A DNA stretch of 64,000 nucleotides from Minisyncoccia bacterium (lineage in GTDB: Bacteria; Patescibacteriota; Minisyncoccia; UBA6257; GWB1-50-10), in the NCBI GenBank assembly GCA_049997815.1, contig JBEKVQ010000001.1, positions 20,642 to 84,641 of the forward strand. Reading direction: 5' to 3'. The translations under genes and the position numbers were made by a program. This document shows, one piece after another, positions 48,783 to 58,613 of the stretch. The notes below the pieces were generated by a model. It made no database searches and had not been told where the DNA came from. It was given only the letters and a program-made list of their open reading frames with translations. Position 1 is the first letter of the stretch, and the number at the start of each line of letters is the position of its first letter.

Positions 48783-48847
48783 TTTAAATGAGCGTTCCTG
48801 AGATTCAAGAACGGTTTGATATTACCATATTATGGTATAAAAGTCAA
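48783..48847 (-). promoter_or_regulatory. Promoter, palindrome, hairpin and boxA-like leader of the DGR target gene
   Basis: TTGACT, 17 nt, TGgTAATAT; palindrome TACCATATTATGGTA (48823-48837); hairpin 48793-48813; CGCTCATTTAAA. Confidence 0.65.
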
Positions 48848-48994
48848 ATCAATAAATAGCTCTGTTTATAGAGGTATTCTTTAAAATAGTCTGGATTCTC
48901 AATGTTCAGCCTTATACTGAATTTTTGAGTAAGCTTTCAGTGGGCTCTTGGGACGCTCTGGATTCCTCCGGGGCTTCGCGTCATCTCTTGTGGT

Positions 48995-50341
48995 ATGAAT
49001 ACCCAAACCATGGGGGCGAACGGGACGGGAGCCTCCACAACAATCCCGGCCCAAGTAAAGGTCAAATACCTGCTCTATGCGAGGAAAAGCACGGAATCGG
49101 AGGAGCGGCAGATACTCTCCATTGATTCGCAGGTGAAGGAGATGCTTCAGCTGGCCGAGCGCGAGGGGTTGGAAATCTCCGAGATTCGGCGCGAAAGCCA
49201 CTCGGCCAAAGCGACCGGACAACGTCCGGTGTTCAACGAGATTATCAATGATATTCGCCTCGGCAAGTTCAACGGCATTCTCACCTGGGCGGCGGATCGG
49301 TTATCGAGAAATGCCGGGGATCTGGGCAAGCTCGTGGATCTGATGGATGAGAAACTCCTTGTTGATATCCGGACGTACGGCCAGCGATTCAGTAATTCGC
49401 CGAACGAGAAGTTTCTTCTCATGATCCTCGGGTCACAGGCGAAGCTCGAGAACGATAATCGGGGCGTGAACGTGAAGCGCGGACTGCGAACGCGATGCGA
49501 GATGGGATTGCGGCCGGGCGTAGCGCCCACTGGCTATCTCAACGAGAAAAGAATGGATAGAAAATGCCAAGTGCTCATCGACCCCGATCGCGCCCATATC
49601 ATCAAAAAGATTTTTGAGAAGGTAGCTAATGAACATTGGAGCGGAAGGAAGGTCTATCACTGGCTACGCTTCGATCTGAACTTCCGCACGAAGAGCAACC
49701 ACCACCTCTCGCTCGGAAACATCTATTTAATGATTCAGAATCACTTCTATTACGGAAGATTCGAGTATCCGGAAAAGAGCGGCATGTGGTATGACGGCAA
49801 GCACCAGCCGATTATAAGCAAAGAGTTGTTCGATAAAGTGCAGGAGCAACTGAAACGGGACCAGATCGTGCGGTCGGAAATAAAAGAATTCGCATTTACG
49901 AAGCTCATGACCTGCGGGCTCTGCGGATCGGGCGTGAGCGCCGAGGAGAAATATAAGAAGCTCAAAGATGGCACGTCGGCGCGATATGTCTACTATGGCT
50001 GCAGCCGGGCGCGGGACAAGAACTGCAAAGCCGGATATATACGCGAAGAGGATCTCATTGAACAGCTCGTGAAGGTTATGGACAAGCTCGATATAAGTGA
50101 GATCGGTATGCAGCATAAATTTGAAGAGGAAGTAGCAAGATTCAATAAATTCCAAAAGGGCATCCTCGGGATGCAGGGTATAAAAACCAATGCGAAAGAC
50201 GTAGATCTGCGTACCTACGCGAAGTATCTTCTCCGGGAAGGGAGTGCCATCGAAAAGCGTGAGCTACTGGCGTGTGTGAAGAGTAAATTTATATTCAAAA
50301 ACAAGCTTGTGCATCTAGAAAAAGCACTAACTGAGCAATAA
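48995..50341 (+). CDS. Large serine recombinase (resolvase, recombinase and zinc-ribbon domains)
   Basis: YARKS, SAK, RP, DRLSRN; CGLCG...YYGC zinc ribbon. Confidence 0.93.
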   Translation: MNTQTMGANGTGASTTIPAQVKVKYLLYARKSTESEERQILSIDSQVKEMLQLAEREGLEISEIRRESHSAKATGQRPVFNEIINDIRLGKFNGILTWAADRLSRNAGDLGKLVDLMDEKLLVDIRTYGQRFSNSPNEKFLLMILGSQAKLENDNRGVNVKRGLRTRCEMGLRPGVAPTGYLNEKRMDRKCQVLIDPDRAHIIKKIFEKVANEHWSGRKVYHWLRFDLNFRTKSNHHLSLGNIYLMIQNHFYYGRFEYPEKSGMWYDGKHQPIISKELFDKVQEQLKRDQIVRSEIKEFAFTKLMTCGLCGSGVSAEEKYKKLKDGTSARYVYYGCSRARDKNCKAGYIREEDLIEQLVKVMDKLDISEIGMQHKFEEEVARFNKFQKGILGMQGIKTNAKDVDLRTYAKYLLREGSAIEKRELLACVKSKFIFKNKLVHLEKALTEQ

Positions 50342-50438
50342 AACCCTTATTTTATAAGGATTTTTATCAATTTAACCTATGAAAACCTATGAACACTTGA
50401 CTTTATATTTGCAGTCTGATAGACTTGAATTACAAGCT

Positions 50439-52121
50439 ATGAGAAAGGATATACAAGCAAAACTTAATGGAATGCCGGAATTGCTCTCTATCAGCCAGGT
50501 AGCTGAGATTTTCAATATTCACCCCGACACCCTCCGAAACTGGGAGAAGGAAGGCATTTTAGTGCCTCTACGGGCCGGTAAGCGCGGAGACCGCAAATAC
50601 CGCCCCCAGGACATTCAAACCATTGTGGACAAAATGGGCAGTAAGCTCACCCTGCCACAACTTGAGCAGTTCCTTTGGAAAAGCGCCGATATTCTCCGCG
50701 GCAAGATCGACAGCTCCGATTACAAGAAATATATATTCGGACTCCTCTTTTACAAACGAATCAGTGACGTTTGGGACGAGGAATATAAGCGAGTGATGGA
50801 AGAATATAAAGATGAGACGGTCGCGCGAGCTGATTACAACCACCGTTTTCAAGTACCTCAGGATTGCCGGTGGTCAGTTATTGAGGAGCAGGCGGAAAAT
50901 ATCGGCCCCAAGCTTAATGGAATCTTTGATAAGCTCACGAACGCCAACAGCCCGAAGCTGGACAAAATTTTTGACGACCTCGATTTTGCACACAAAGATA
51001 AATTTCCGAATGAAACCACTCAGCGTTTAATAAATCACTTTTCGCAATACAACTTTAGCGATACGTATATCAACTCCGATCTTCTTGGGGACGCATACGA
51101 GTATCTCATTAAGCAGTTTGCGGCTGATGCCGGGAAGAAGGGTGGGGAATTTTATACCCCGCGAGAAGTTGAGCGCGTTATCATCCAAATTCTGAAGCCA
51201 CACAAGAAAGATCACATATATGATCCTACCGTTGGATCAGGCGGTTTTCTTCTTGAAGCGTATCACCACCTAAAGGAAACAGATGGCGAAAAAATTGCAC
51301 GGACACTTTATCTCTATGGGCAAGAAATAAACATCGGAACATTTGCGATCGCGAAGATTAATATGTTTCTCCACGGACTTGACGCTGCAGATGTCCAGCG
51401 CGGTGACACACTCGCGAATCCTCAATTCTTGAACCCGAACGGAACGCTAAAAACATTCGACATCTGCGTAGCAAATCCTCCCTACTCAATTAACGACTGG
51501 GAAAGCGAGCTGTTTAAAGAAAGATATGGCCGAATTGAAGGTTACGAAATACCGCCGAAGAGTAATGCGGACTATGCTTTCGTACTCCATATCATAAAGT
51601 CAATGAATTCAAATGGCCGCGCAGGTATCGTATTGCCTCACGGTGTTTTATTTCGCGGTGGTGCTGAAGGACGTATCCGTGAACAGATTCTCAAGAACGA
51701 CCTTATTGAGGCGGTGATTGCGCTCCCACCTAAGCTTTTTTATGGTACCGGCATACCGGCGGCGATTCTCATTTTCAACAGAAATAAGTCGGAGGACCAT
51801 AAAAATAAAGTCTTCATCATTGATGCCGAGAAGGACTTTTCCGAAGGCAAAAACCAGAACTCACTACGCGTGCAGGATATCCAAAAGATTGTGAGGGCAT
51901 ATGAAAACTACACAGACATTGAGGGCTATGCTCGAGTCGTTGGCCTTAAAGAGATTGAGGAGAACGAGTACAGCCTCGGTGCGCGCAGATATATTGAAAA
52001 CGACGACAAGGAAGAGACTATAGATGTTTCTGCCGTTCGAAAGGAACTCCTCGCGATTCAAAAGGAACGCGCGGATATAGATAAAAAGGTTGAGGGATTT
52101 CTCTCGGATCTTAAATATTGA
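50439..52121 (+). CDS. hsdM: Type I RM methyltransferase subunit with an N-terminal MerR/excisionase-like HTH
   Basis: LWKSADILRG, GEFYTP, DPTVGSGG, NPPY; N-terminal ISQVAEIFNIHPDTLRNWE; start set after the promoter at 50397-50425. Confidence 0.93.
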   Translation: MRKDIQAKLNGMPELLSISQVAEIFNIHPDTLRNWEKEGILVPLRAGKRGDRKYRPQDIQTIVDKMGSKLTLPQLEQFLWKSADILRGKIDSSDYKKYIFGLLFYKRISDVWDEEYKRVMEEYKDETVARADYNHRFQVPQDCRWSVIEEQAENIGPKLNGIFDKLTNANSPKLDKIFDDLDFAHKDKFPNETTQRLINHFSQYNFSDTYINSDLLGDAYEYLIKQFAADAGKKGGEFYTPREVERVIIQILKPHKKDHIYDPTVGSGGFLLEAYHHLKETDGEKIARTLYLYGQEINIGTFAIAKINMFLHGLDAADVQRGDTLANPQFLNPNGTLKTFDICVANPPYSINDWESELFKERYGRIEGYEIPPKSNADYAFVLHIIKSMNSNGRAGIVLPHGVLFRGGAEGRIREQILKNDLIEAVIALPPKLFYGTGIPAAILIFNRNKSEDHKNKVFIIDAEKDFSEGKNQNSLRVQDIQKIVRAYENYTDIEGYARVVGLKEIEENEYSLGARRYIENDDKEETIDVSAVRKELLAIQKERADIDKKVEGFLSDLKY

Positions 52122-52122
52122 T

Positions 52123-53412
52123 ATGAAAACGGCACAGACGACAATTCCGAATGGGTGGCAACAAGCAAAGCTTGGTGACATTGCTAAGTTACGTAAGGGA
52201 TTAACTTACAAAAGTTCACACTATTCAAATAAGCAGGATGGTTTAATTTTTCTTACTCTCAAGTCCATCCTAAGAGGGGGTGGTTTTAATACCGATGGGA
52301 TAAAGTTCTATTCTGGAGATTATGATCCTTCTGCTGTTGTAAATGAAGATGATTTGGTGATCGCAAATACTGATATAACACGGGATGCTGAAGTTGTTGG
52401 AGCACCGATGCTGCTCCCGGGTTTTCCAAAGAAACCCGTCTTAATCTCAATGGATCTTTCTGTTTTAGATATCAACGAAAGAGGTGCAAATAAACACTTT
52501 ATATATTATCTTTTACAAGCTCCAATGGCCCGTAATTTTATGAGAGACCACTCAAATGGCTCTACCGTCCTCCATCTCAAGACCAAAGACGTTCCTAGAT
52601 TCAGTTTTTTAATGCCAACTATTACGGAACAGAAAAAGATTGCGGAGATTTTGGGGACAGTAGATGCAGAAATTAAAAAAACCGACGAGATTATTATTGC
52701 TACAGAGAAGCTCAAAAATGGGCTAGTACGACAGTTGTTTACCCGAGGTATTGGACACACAAAATTTAAGAAAACTAAATTCGGTGATATTCCGGCAGAA
52801 TGGACTACAGAAAGTTTCAAAGATTCGTCAATTGAAATTATTGATGGCGACCGCGGAGTTAATTATCCAAAGCAAACCGACTTCTCTGATGACGGCTACT
52901 GCTTGTTTTTGAATAATAAAAATATAAAGAACGATGCTTTTCTTTTTGAAGATTGCAGCTTTATCACAAAAGAAAAAGATGGGACCTTGCGCAAGGGAAA
53001 GCTGAAGCGCTTTGATGTTGTGCTTACCACAAGAGGAACTGTAGGAAATATTGCGTTTTATGACAGTACCGTCCCATTTGAAAACATTCGAATAAACTCC
53101 GGAATGTTGATCCTCCGCGTTTCGAGAGGTTATGAGCCAGAGTTCCTGTACCGACTAATGAGAAATGAGTATATGAAAAGGAAATATACCGAAACGGCTT
53201 CAGGGTCTGCTCAACCGCAGCTACCCATTCGTAGTCTGGAAAATATTCTTATAGTTAAGCCAGATATTTCCGAACAAAAAGAAATAGTCGCAATCGCAAA
53301 ATCGGTTGACGAAAAAATTTCTGTGAACAAAAAATTGAGAGAGAAGCTCATTCTTCTCAAAAAGGGACTTATGCAAGATCTTTTGAGCGGCAAGGTAAGA
53401 GTAGTTACATAA
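52123..53412 (+). CDS. hsdS: Type I RM specificity subunit
   Basis: Two TRDs with PNGW/PAEW, EQKKIA and KKGLMQDLLSG conserved regions. Confidence 0.93.
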   Translation: MKTAQTTIPNGWQQAKLGDIAKLRKGLTYKSSHYSNKQDGLIFLTLKSILRGGGFNTDGIKFYSGDYDPSAVVNEDDLVIANTDITRDAEVVGAPMLLPGFPKKPVLISMDLSVLDINERGANKHFIYYLLQAPMARNFMRDHSNGSTVLHLKTKDVPRFSFLMPTITEQKKIAEILGTVDAEIKKTDEIIIATEKLKNGLVRQLFTRGIGHTKFKKTKFGDIPAEWTTESFKDSSIEIIDGDRGVNYPKQTDFSDDGYCLFLNNKNIKNDAFLFEDCSFITKEKDGTLRKGKLKRFDVVLTTRGTVGNIAFYDSTVPFENIRINSGMLILRVSRGYEPEFLYRLMRNEYMKRKYTETASGSAQPQLPIRSLENILIVKPDISEQKEIVAIAKSVDEKISVNKKLREKLILLKKGLMQDLLSGKVRVVT

Positions 53413-53418
53413 ATTATT

Positions 53419-54507
53419 ATGCGATTCATAGACATATTTAAAACTGATGCAGCATCTATTCTCCAGAATCGAAAGAATGGGGTTATTTATACTGCGGACT
53501 TTGGAAGTGGCGAAGGGAAATATATTAGTTCCGCATTTGATAGTACTGATCCCGTTGATTTGAGTATTCAGATTTCTCCAAAAGTCGAAGTGAGAATCGC
53601 ATATATTTTTAACGGTGAACAAATCAGTGGGTTACAGATATCGAAAGTTAATAATAAGGGTGAGCTGGAAAAGATTCATCTTTCGACCTTGGATTGGGAG
53701 GGAGTGCTTGGTTTACTCCAGATATTCTCGGAGATGGATATTAAGGCATTAGCGCGCAAAAATTTGATTTTGAATGAAAAAATTACAGAGAATCCTCAGG
53801 AGTTGGAAGCATTCTTAAAAACTATTAGCACTGATCCGGAGGGAAAAGAGAAAATGACGGAAATCGTGAAAAACTTTGGTCTTATTAAGCGTGGCGATAT
53901 TGATGAAATCGCTGAACGTAGAGAGTCATCAGCTCTATTTGATAGATTACTCAATAATTCCACCGAGTTTGCTGCAAAGAAAACAGAATGGGGTGTCGGT
54001 AAAAATGAAGAGGTTTGGCAAAGATTTTTTAAAGAAAATGTATGGATTCTTGGTGCAGAGTTTATTGAGATTCTTAATGAACGGGTGCTCGATACAGAAA
54101 ACATAACAGACTATATTGTGAAATCGTATGACGGTTTTGCGGATATTATTGAATTAAAACTTCCGAGTGTACAATTTTGGAACGCAGATCTAACACCAAA
54201 TAGTGACTTAGCAAAAGCACTCATGCAGTGTATGCGTTATATTTCGGCAATTGAAAGAAGGATCAACGACCTTGAGCTTAATAAAAAACTTGGTCGAACA
54301 GCTATTGTGAAACCTAGAATCACATTGATTTTTGGCCGGTCGAATAATTGGACAGATGAACAGAGGGAAACATACAGAATTTTAAATGCCAATTTTCATT
54401 CCATAAGTATTTTGACTTACGATCATGTTTTTGAGAGGGCAAAAAGGATGACTGCTAATAATATGCGTGACGTTGATGATATAAAACCGGAAGTTATCAC
54501 ATTTTAA
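53419..54507 (+). CDS. Shedu (SduA/DUF4263)-like anti-phage nuclease
   Basis: EEVWQRFFKENVWILG, D...IIELKLP, QCMRY, ILTYDHVFERA. Confidence 0.8.
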   Translation: MRFIDIFKTDAASILQNRKNGVIYTADFGSGEGKYISSAFDSTDPVDLSIQISPKVEVRIAYIFNGEQISGLQISKVNNKGELEKIHLSTLDWEGVLGLLQIFSEMDIKALARKNLILNEKITENPQELEAFLKTISTDPEGKEKMTEIVKNFGLIKRGDIDEIAERRESSALFDRLLNNSTEFAAKKTEWGVGKNEEVWQRFFKENVWILGAEFIEILNERVLDTENITDYIVKSYDGFADIIELKLPSVQFWNADLTPNSDLAKALMQCMRYISAIERRINDLELNKKLGRTAIVKPRITLIFGRSNNWTDEQRETYRILNANFHSISILTYDHVFERAKRMTANNMRDVDDIKPEVITF

Positions 54508-54510
54508 TTT

Positions 54511-57423
54511 ATGAAATTCAACGAACAACATACAATTGAAAATCACATCATCAAGTTTCTCAAGGAGGAACTTGGTTATGAATATATAAAACCGCAAGAG
54601 TTTGCGAAGCTGCGCGAATTTGAGAACGAATACATTATCGCCCCGCTCCTTACTGTGGCAATAAAGAAAATCAACGAGATTACTGATGAGACAGAAGCTC
54701 AAGTAGTAGTGCGTGAGGTTAAAAAGCTTGATTCAAACGAGGCATTCTTAAATGTTCTCCGAAACGGCCTCAACTTAAAAGATCCCGAAACCGGTAAGAT
54801 GCGTGATTATTTTATCGTTGATTTTGATAGGCCGGAAAACAATCATTTTGTTGTCACAAATCAATTTTATTTTGAAGGTAACTCCGAAAATATTCGCCCA
54901 GACGTGATGGTATTTCTAAACGGTCTGCCGGTGGTTGATATTGAGGCTAAGAGCCCAACTGCCTCAAGCAGTATTGATTACTCCAATGCCGTAGGTCAGA
55001 TAAAACGATACGAACGCAATGCCTTTAAACTTTTCTGGCCTAACTGTTTCAATATCGCCTCCGACGGCCTGAAGACCGTGTATGGCGCCACCTATGCTTC
55101 GGCAGAGTATTTCCTACAATGGCGCGAGGAGGAACTGGCGAAGAAATATGGTGAGGAGCTCGAAGTGACGCTTGCCGCACTTATCTCACGCGATCGCCTG
55201 CTTGATATCATCGGAAACTTTATTCTCTTTGAGAAAGAGCAAGAAGGAACCATAAAAAAGATCACCCGCTACATGCAGTATCGGGCCACCAATAAGATCG
55301 TTGAGCGTGTTCAAAGTGGAAAAACAAAGCGCGGCCTCGTTTGGCATACACAAGGGTCTGGAAAATCCTTCACTATGTTTTTTACCGCATGGAAGTTGCG
55401 TTTCGACAAGAAACTAAAAAACCCAAAGGTCTTCGTTTTGGTTGACCGGATTGATCTTGATGATCAGCTCTACAACACGTTTCTTAATTGTGGCGGGCAA
55501 AATGTGATCCGGGTAGAATCCCGTCGCGATCTTGAACGAAAAATCCAATCTCCAGAACGTGGCATTTTTATCTCTACAATTCAGAAATTCTCCGAGCTGG
55601 GCGATGAGGTAAAAAATCTCGACGAGAACATTATTGTTCTTTCTGACGAAGCGCACCGGGATAACGAGGGCATCTCCGCAATCAATTTGCGAAGCGCTAT
55701 GACGAACGCTTTTTTCTTCGGTTTTACTGGCACCCCGATTGATCGACTAACTCTCAATACCCACAGAAATTTCGGCGAGGAGGGAGAACGCTATCTTGAT
55801 TACTACTCTATTCAGCAAGCCGTTGATGATGGAGCGACGCTGCCGGTTACCTATGAAGCGCGGCTTTCTAAATTCTTCATTAACGAAGAGGAGCTTGATA
55901 AGCAATTCGACGAGCTCACAGTGGATCTGAACGAAAAAGAGAAGGACCAGATTTCAAAGAAATATGGTAAAAAGGAAGCAATCGTAAAGCTCGATAGGCG
56001 TATGGAGGCAATCGCCCGGGATATCGTTGAGCACTTCAAACTCTATGTTGAGCCAGCTGGGTTCAAGGCACAGATTGTTTGTTATGACCGCGAGACTACG
56101 GCCAAGTATAAAAAACTACTTGATCAACTTGTACCAAAAAACTGGTCTGAAGTTGTTTACTCTCCCGGAGATGCCAATACCGATTCAGAAGAGTTGCGGA
56201 CATATAACACGACGAAGGCAAAACGGGAGAAGATCATCAACGAGTTCAAAGATCCGAACAGTTCTCTGAAGTTCTTGCTCGTTTGCGATATGCTCTTGAC
56301 CGGCTTTGACGCGCCTGTTGAGCAAGTTATGTATCTTGATAAGCCACTATGGGATCACAATCTCCTGCAAGCAATCGCGCGGACGAACCGTATTTATCCA
56401 AATAAGGGGGCCGGAAAGGTTATTGATTACTATGGCATCACACGAAGTCTCTACAAATCGTTGAACTTCGACGAGAGTATTGTTGATTCCGCGATGATTA
56501 ATATTGACAAGCTCAAAGAGGAATTCGAGGAGGTTTTGGACGAATTGAAAAATCTCTTTGTCGGTATTAACACCGAAGACCCTTCTATCGAAAATCTCCG
56601 CCGGTGCTTAAAGATTTTTGCGGACAATATAGAAAAACAGAAGTTCTATCAGGAGAAGTACGCTCGTCTGAAGCTTCTTTTTGAAGTTCTGTCCCCGGAC
56701 CCATTTCTAAAAAAACATATTCGTATCTTCGAATGGTTTACAAGCGTATTCATCGCTTTTGAAAAAGAGTATGGTATGAAAGTATCCGATACGGAGCTTC
56801 TTGCAAAATACGGCGAGAAAGTGAAACAGCTCATCCAACAGCGAGTTGACTATGAGGGCATCACCAAGAATTTCCGCGAGCTTAATGTAAATGATCTTTA
56901 TGTAATGGAGCGGCTTAATAAGATGGATGACGAAGAAAAAGCGCTCAATCTTGAAAAGATGCTTAAGCAGGAAATTTCTATCAATGTTGATACGAATCCG
57001 GCATACAAGAAATTCAGCGAGCGGCTCTTGGCAATACGAAAAGAATTTGAGCAGCACCAAATTGATCTTGCGGAGCGAATTAAACGCTACCAAGAGCTTT
57101 TGTCGGATATAAAGAAAAAAGGAGACGAGGCAAAAGAGCTTGGCTTCACACTCAAGGAGTATGGTTTATTCGTTATCTCGGAAGAATTCATCGTTGATAG
57201 TGACAAAGCCACGGTGCATGAATTTATTAAGGAAATGACGAACCGGCTGGAAGAGGTGCTTGATGAAGGGTGGCAAGAATCCTCTAAGCGGGAAGAGTTT
57301 TTGAAGGAGGCCAAGAGGATCATTCAGGAGCTTGTGCTCAAGGAGTACAAGGGAAAGATAAGGGTCAACGACTTCCATAAGTATTTGAATCGGCTCATCG
57401 ACATCGTAATTAAGAAATTCTGA
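54511..57423 (+). CDS. hsdR: Type I RM restriction subunit
   Basis: RPD...NGLP...EAK, WHTQGSGKS, DEAHR, FTGTP, LLTGFD, QAIARTNR. Confidence 0.95.
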   Translation: MKFNEQHTIENHIIKFLKEELGYEYIKPQEFAKLREFENEYIIAPLLTVAIKKINEITDETEAQVVVREVKKLDSNEAFLNVLRNGLNLKDPETGKMRDYFIVDFDRPENNHFVVTNQFYFEGNSENIRPDVMVFLNGLPVVDIEAKSPTASSSIDYSNAVGQIKRYERNAFKLFWPNCFNIASDGLKTVYGATYASAEYFLQWREEELAKKYGEELEVTLAALISRDRLLDIIGNFILFEKEQEGTIKKITRYMQYRATNKIVERVQSGKTKRGLVWHTQGSGKSFTMFFTAWKLRFDKKLKNPKVFVLVDRIDLDDQLYNTFLNCGGQNVIRVESRRDLERKIQSPERGIFISTIQKFSELGDEVKNLDENIIVLSDEAHRDNEGISAINLRSAMTNAFFFGFTGTPIDRLTLNTHRNFGEEGERYLDYYSIQQAVDDGATLPVTYEARLSKFFINEEELDKQFDELTVDLNEKEKDQISKKYGKKEAIVKLDRRMEAIARDIVEHFKLYVEPAGFKAQIVCYDRETTAKYKKLLDQLVPKNWSEVVYSPGDANTDSEELRTYNTTKAKREKIINEFKDPNSSLKFLLVCDMLLTGFDAPVEQVMYLDKPLWDHNLLQAIARTNRIYPNKGAGKVIDYYGITRSLYKSLNFDESIVDSAMINIDKLKEEFEEVLDELKNLFVGINTEDPSIENLRRCLKIFADNIEKQKFYQEKYARLKLLFEVLSPDPFLKKHIRIFEWFTSVFIAFEKEYGMKVSDTELLAKYGEKVKQLIQQRVDYEGITKNFRELNVNDLYVMERLNKMDDEEKALNLEKMLKQEISINVDTNPAYKKFSERLLAIRKEFEQHQIDLAERIKRYQELLSDIKKKGDEAKELGFTLKEYGLFVISEEFIVDSDKATVHEFIKEMTNRLEEVLDEGWQESSKREEFLKEAKRIIQELVLKEYKGKIRVNDFHKYLNRLIDIVIKKF

Positions 57424-57424
57424 T

Positions 57425-57994
57425 ATGGAAAAGCAGATCACATTACAAAACAAAAAAGTCACTTACACTCTCCGAAAAAGCACACGGGCAAGAAGGATGC
57501 GCCTTGCTGTATATTGTGATGGGTCTGTCGTGGTGACGACGCCGCACGATTTACAAGAAACCACCGCCGAGAAGTTCATAAAGGAAAAGACGACTTGGTT
57601 ATTTTCAAAACTTGCATTCTTTAGGCAATTCAAAGGAAGATCGATTGCGCGACATAGCCATCAGGATTACTTAAATCGTAAAGAGGAAGCACTTGCTATT
57701 GTTCAGCAAAAAGTTGAAATCCTCGCGAAACGATACGGATTCCGATTCAATAGGATCAACATCAAAAATCAAAGGACCCGCTGGGGGAGCTGCTCGAAAA
57801 AGGGCAATCTGAATTTCAATTACAAGGTGATGTTTTTACCGGCAAATGCCCAAGAATACATTATTGCTCATGAACTTTGTCACCTGAAGGAATTCAACCA
57901 TTCGAAAAGGTTCTGGGGGCTGGTTTCAAAAATAGTATCGAATTACTCGAAAATTAAAAGTGAATTAAAAAAGAGTGGTTTATCTTTTTACTAA
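57425..57994 (+). CDS. YgjP/M48-like zinc metalloprotease commonly linked to type I RM
   Basis: RWGSCS, HELCH, NHSKRFW motifs. Confidence 0.9.
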   Translation: MEKQITLQNKKVTYTLRKSTRARRMRLAVYCDGSVVVTTPHDLQETTAEKFIKEKTTWLFSKLAFFRQFKGRSIARHSHQDYLNRKEEALAIVQQKVEILAKRYGFRFNRINIKNQRTRWGSCSKKGNLNFNYKVMFLPANAQEYIIAHELCHLKEFNHSKRFWGLVSKIVSNYSKIKSELKKSGLSFY

Positions 57995-58025
57995 AATAAA
58001 ATCACCCATACTGGGTGATTTTATT
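57995..58025. terminator. Bidirectional terminator
   Basis: AATAAAATCACCCA-TAC-TGGGTGATTTTATT. Confidence 0.75.
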
Positions 58026-58089
58026 CAAGTAACTCGGTCGCACTAGTGCCTCGGCTGAGGCCATCGGTACGATAACAACGCCTTGTCTG

Positions 58090-58176
58090 CGGAGGGTAGA
58101 GGATTCGAACCTCTGAGGGGATTTCTCCCCAACCGCATTTCGAGTGCGGCGCGTTAGACCACTCTGCCAACCCTCC
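58090..58176 (-). tRNA. tRNA-Ser(CGA)
   Basis: GGAGGGT/ACCCTCC acceptor stem; CCGCA-CTCGAAA-TGCGG anticodon arm; long variable arm. Confidence 0.95.
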
Positions 58177-58184
58177 TTCGCACG

Positions 58185-58256
58185 TGCCCCCGAGAGGAAT
58201 CGAACTTCTATCTTATCCTTAGGACGGATCCGCTCTATCCATTGAGCTACGGGGGC
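58185..58256 (-). tRNA. tRNA-Arg(CCT)
   Basis: GCCCCCG/CGGGGGC acceptor stem; loop GTCCTAA; TTCGATT T-loop. Confidence 0.9.
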
Positions 58257-58326
58257 GATGCTATGTATTTATATGATAAGTTGAAGCTCATGTAAAGTTT
58301 TGTTATGATGTTCTCGCAACAAATAA

Positions 58327-58398
58327 GGGCGATTAGCTCAGTGGTAGAGCGTTTCATTGACATTGAAAAGGTCAGAGGTTCGATACCTCTATCGCCCA
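58327..58398 (+). tRNA. tRNA-Val(GAC)
   Basis: GGGCGAT/ATCGCCC; TTTCA-TTGACAT-TGAAA. Confidence 0.95.
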
Positions 58399-58406
58399 CA
58401 GGCAGG

Positions 58407-58477
58407 GGGCCTATAGTAAAACGGTATTACGCGGCCATGGCATGGCTGAGGTCGGGGTTCGATTCCCCGTAGGTCCA
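58407..58477 (+). tRNA. tRNA-Ala(GGC)
   Basis: GGGCCTA/TAGGTCC with G3:U70; loop ATGGCAT. Confidence 0.92.
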
Positions 58478-58489
58478 CGGGATTTATTC

Positions 58490-58576
58490 GGAGGCGTGCG
58501 CGAGTGGTTGAAACGGACGGTCTTGAAAACCGTTATGTCCGCAAGGGCATCGAAGGTTCGAATCCTTCCGCCTCCG
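58490..58576 (+). tRNA. tRNA-Ser(TGA)
   Basis: GGAGGCG/CGCCTCC; ACGGT-CTTGAAA-ACCGT; long variable arm. Confidence 0.95.
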
Positions 58577-58613
58577 CAAAATAGATTTTCTTGATTTTAT
58601 CCGTTAAAGTTTA

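Larger units (their letters stand above)
39787..58106. mobile_element. ~18 kb genomic island at the 3' end of tRNA-Ser(CGA)
   Basis: 19-bp direct repeat TGCGGAGGGTAGAGGATTC at 39787-39805 and 58088-58106; only accessory genes between them, including a recombinase. Confidence 0.8.

Noticed and set aside
39787-58106. Intact prophage or conjugative element
   Set aside because: No structural, large terminase, lysis, relaxase or T4SS genes are recognisable
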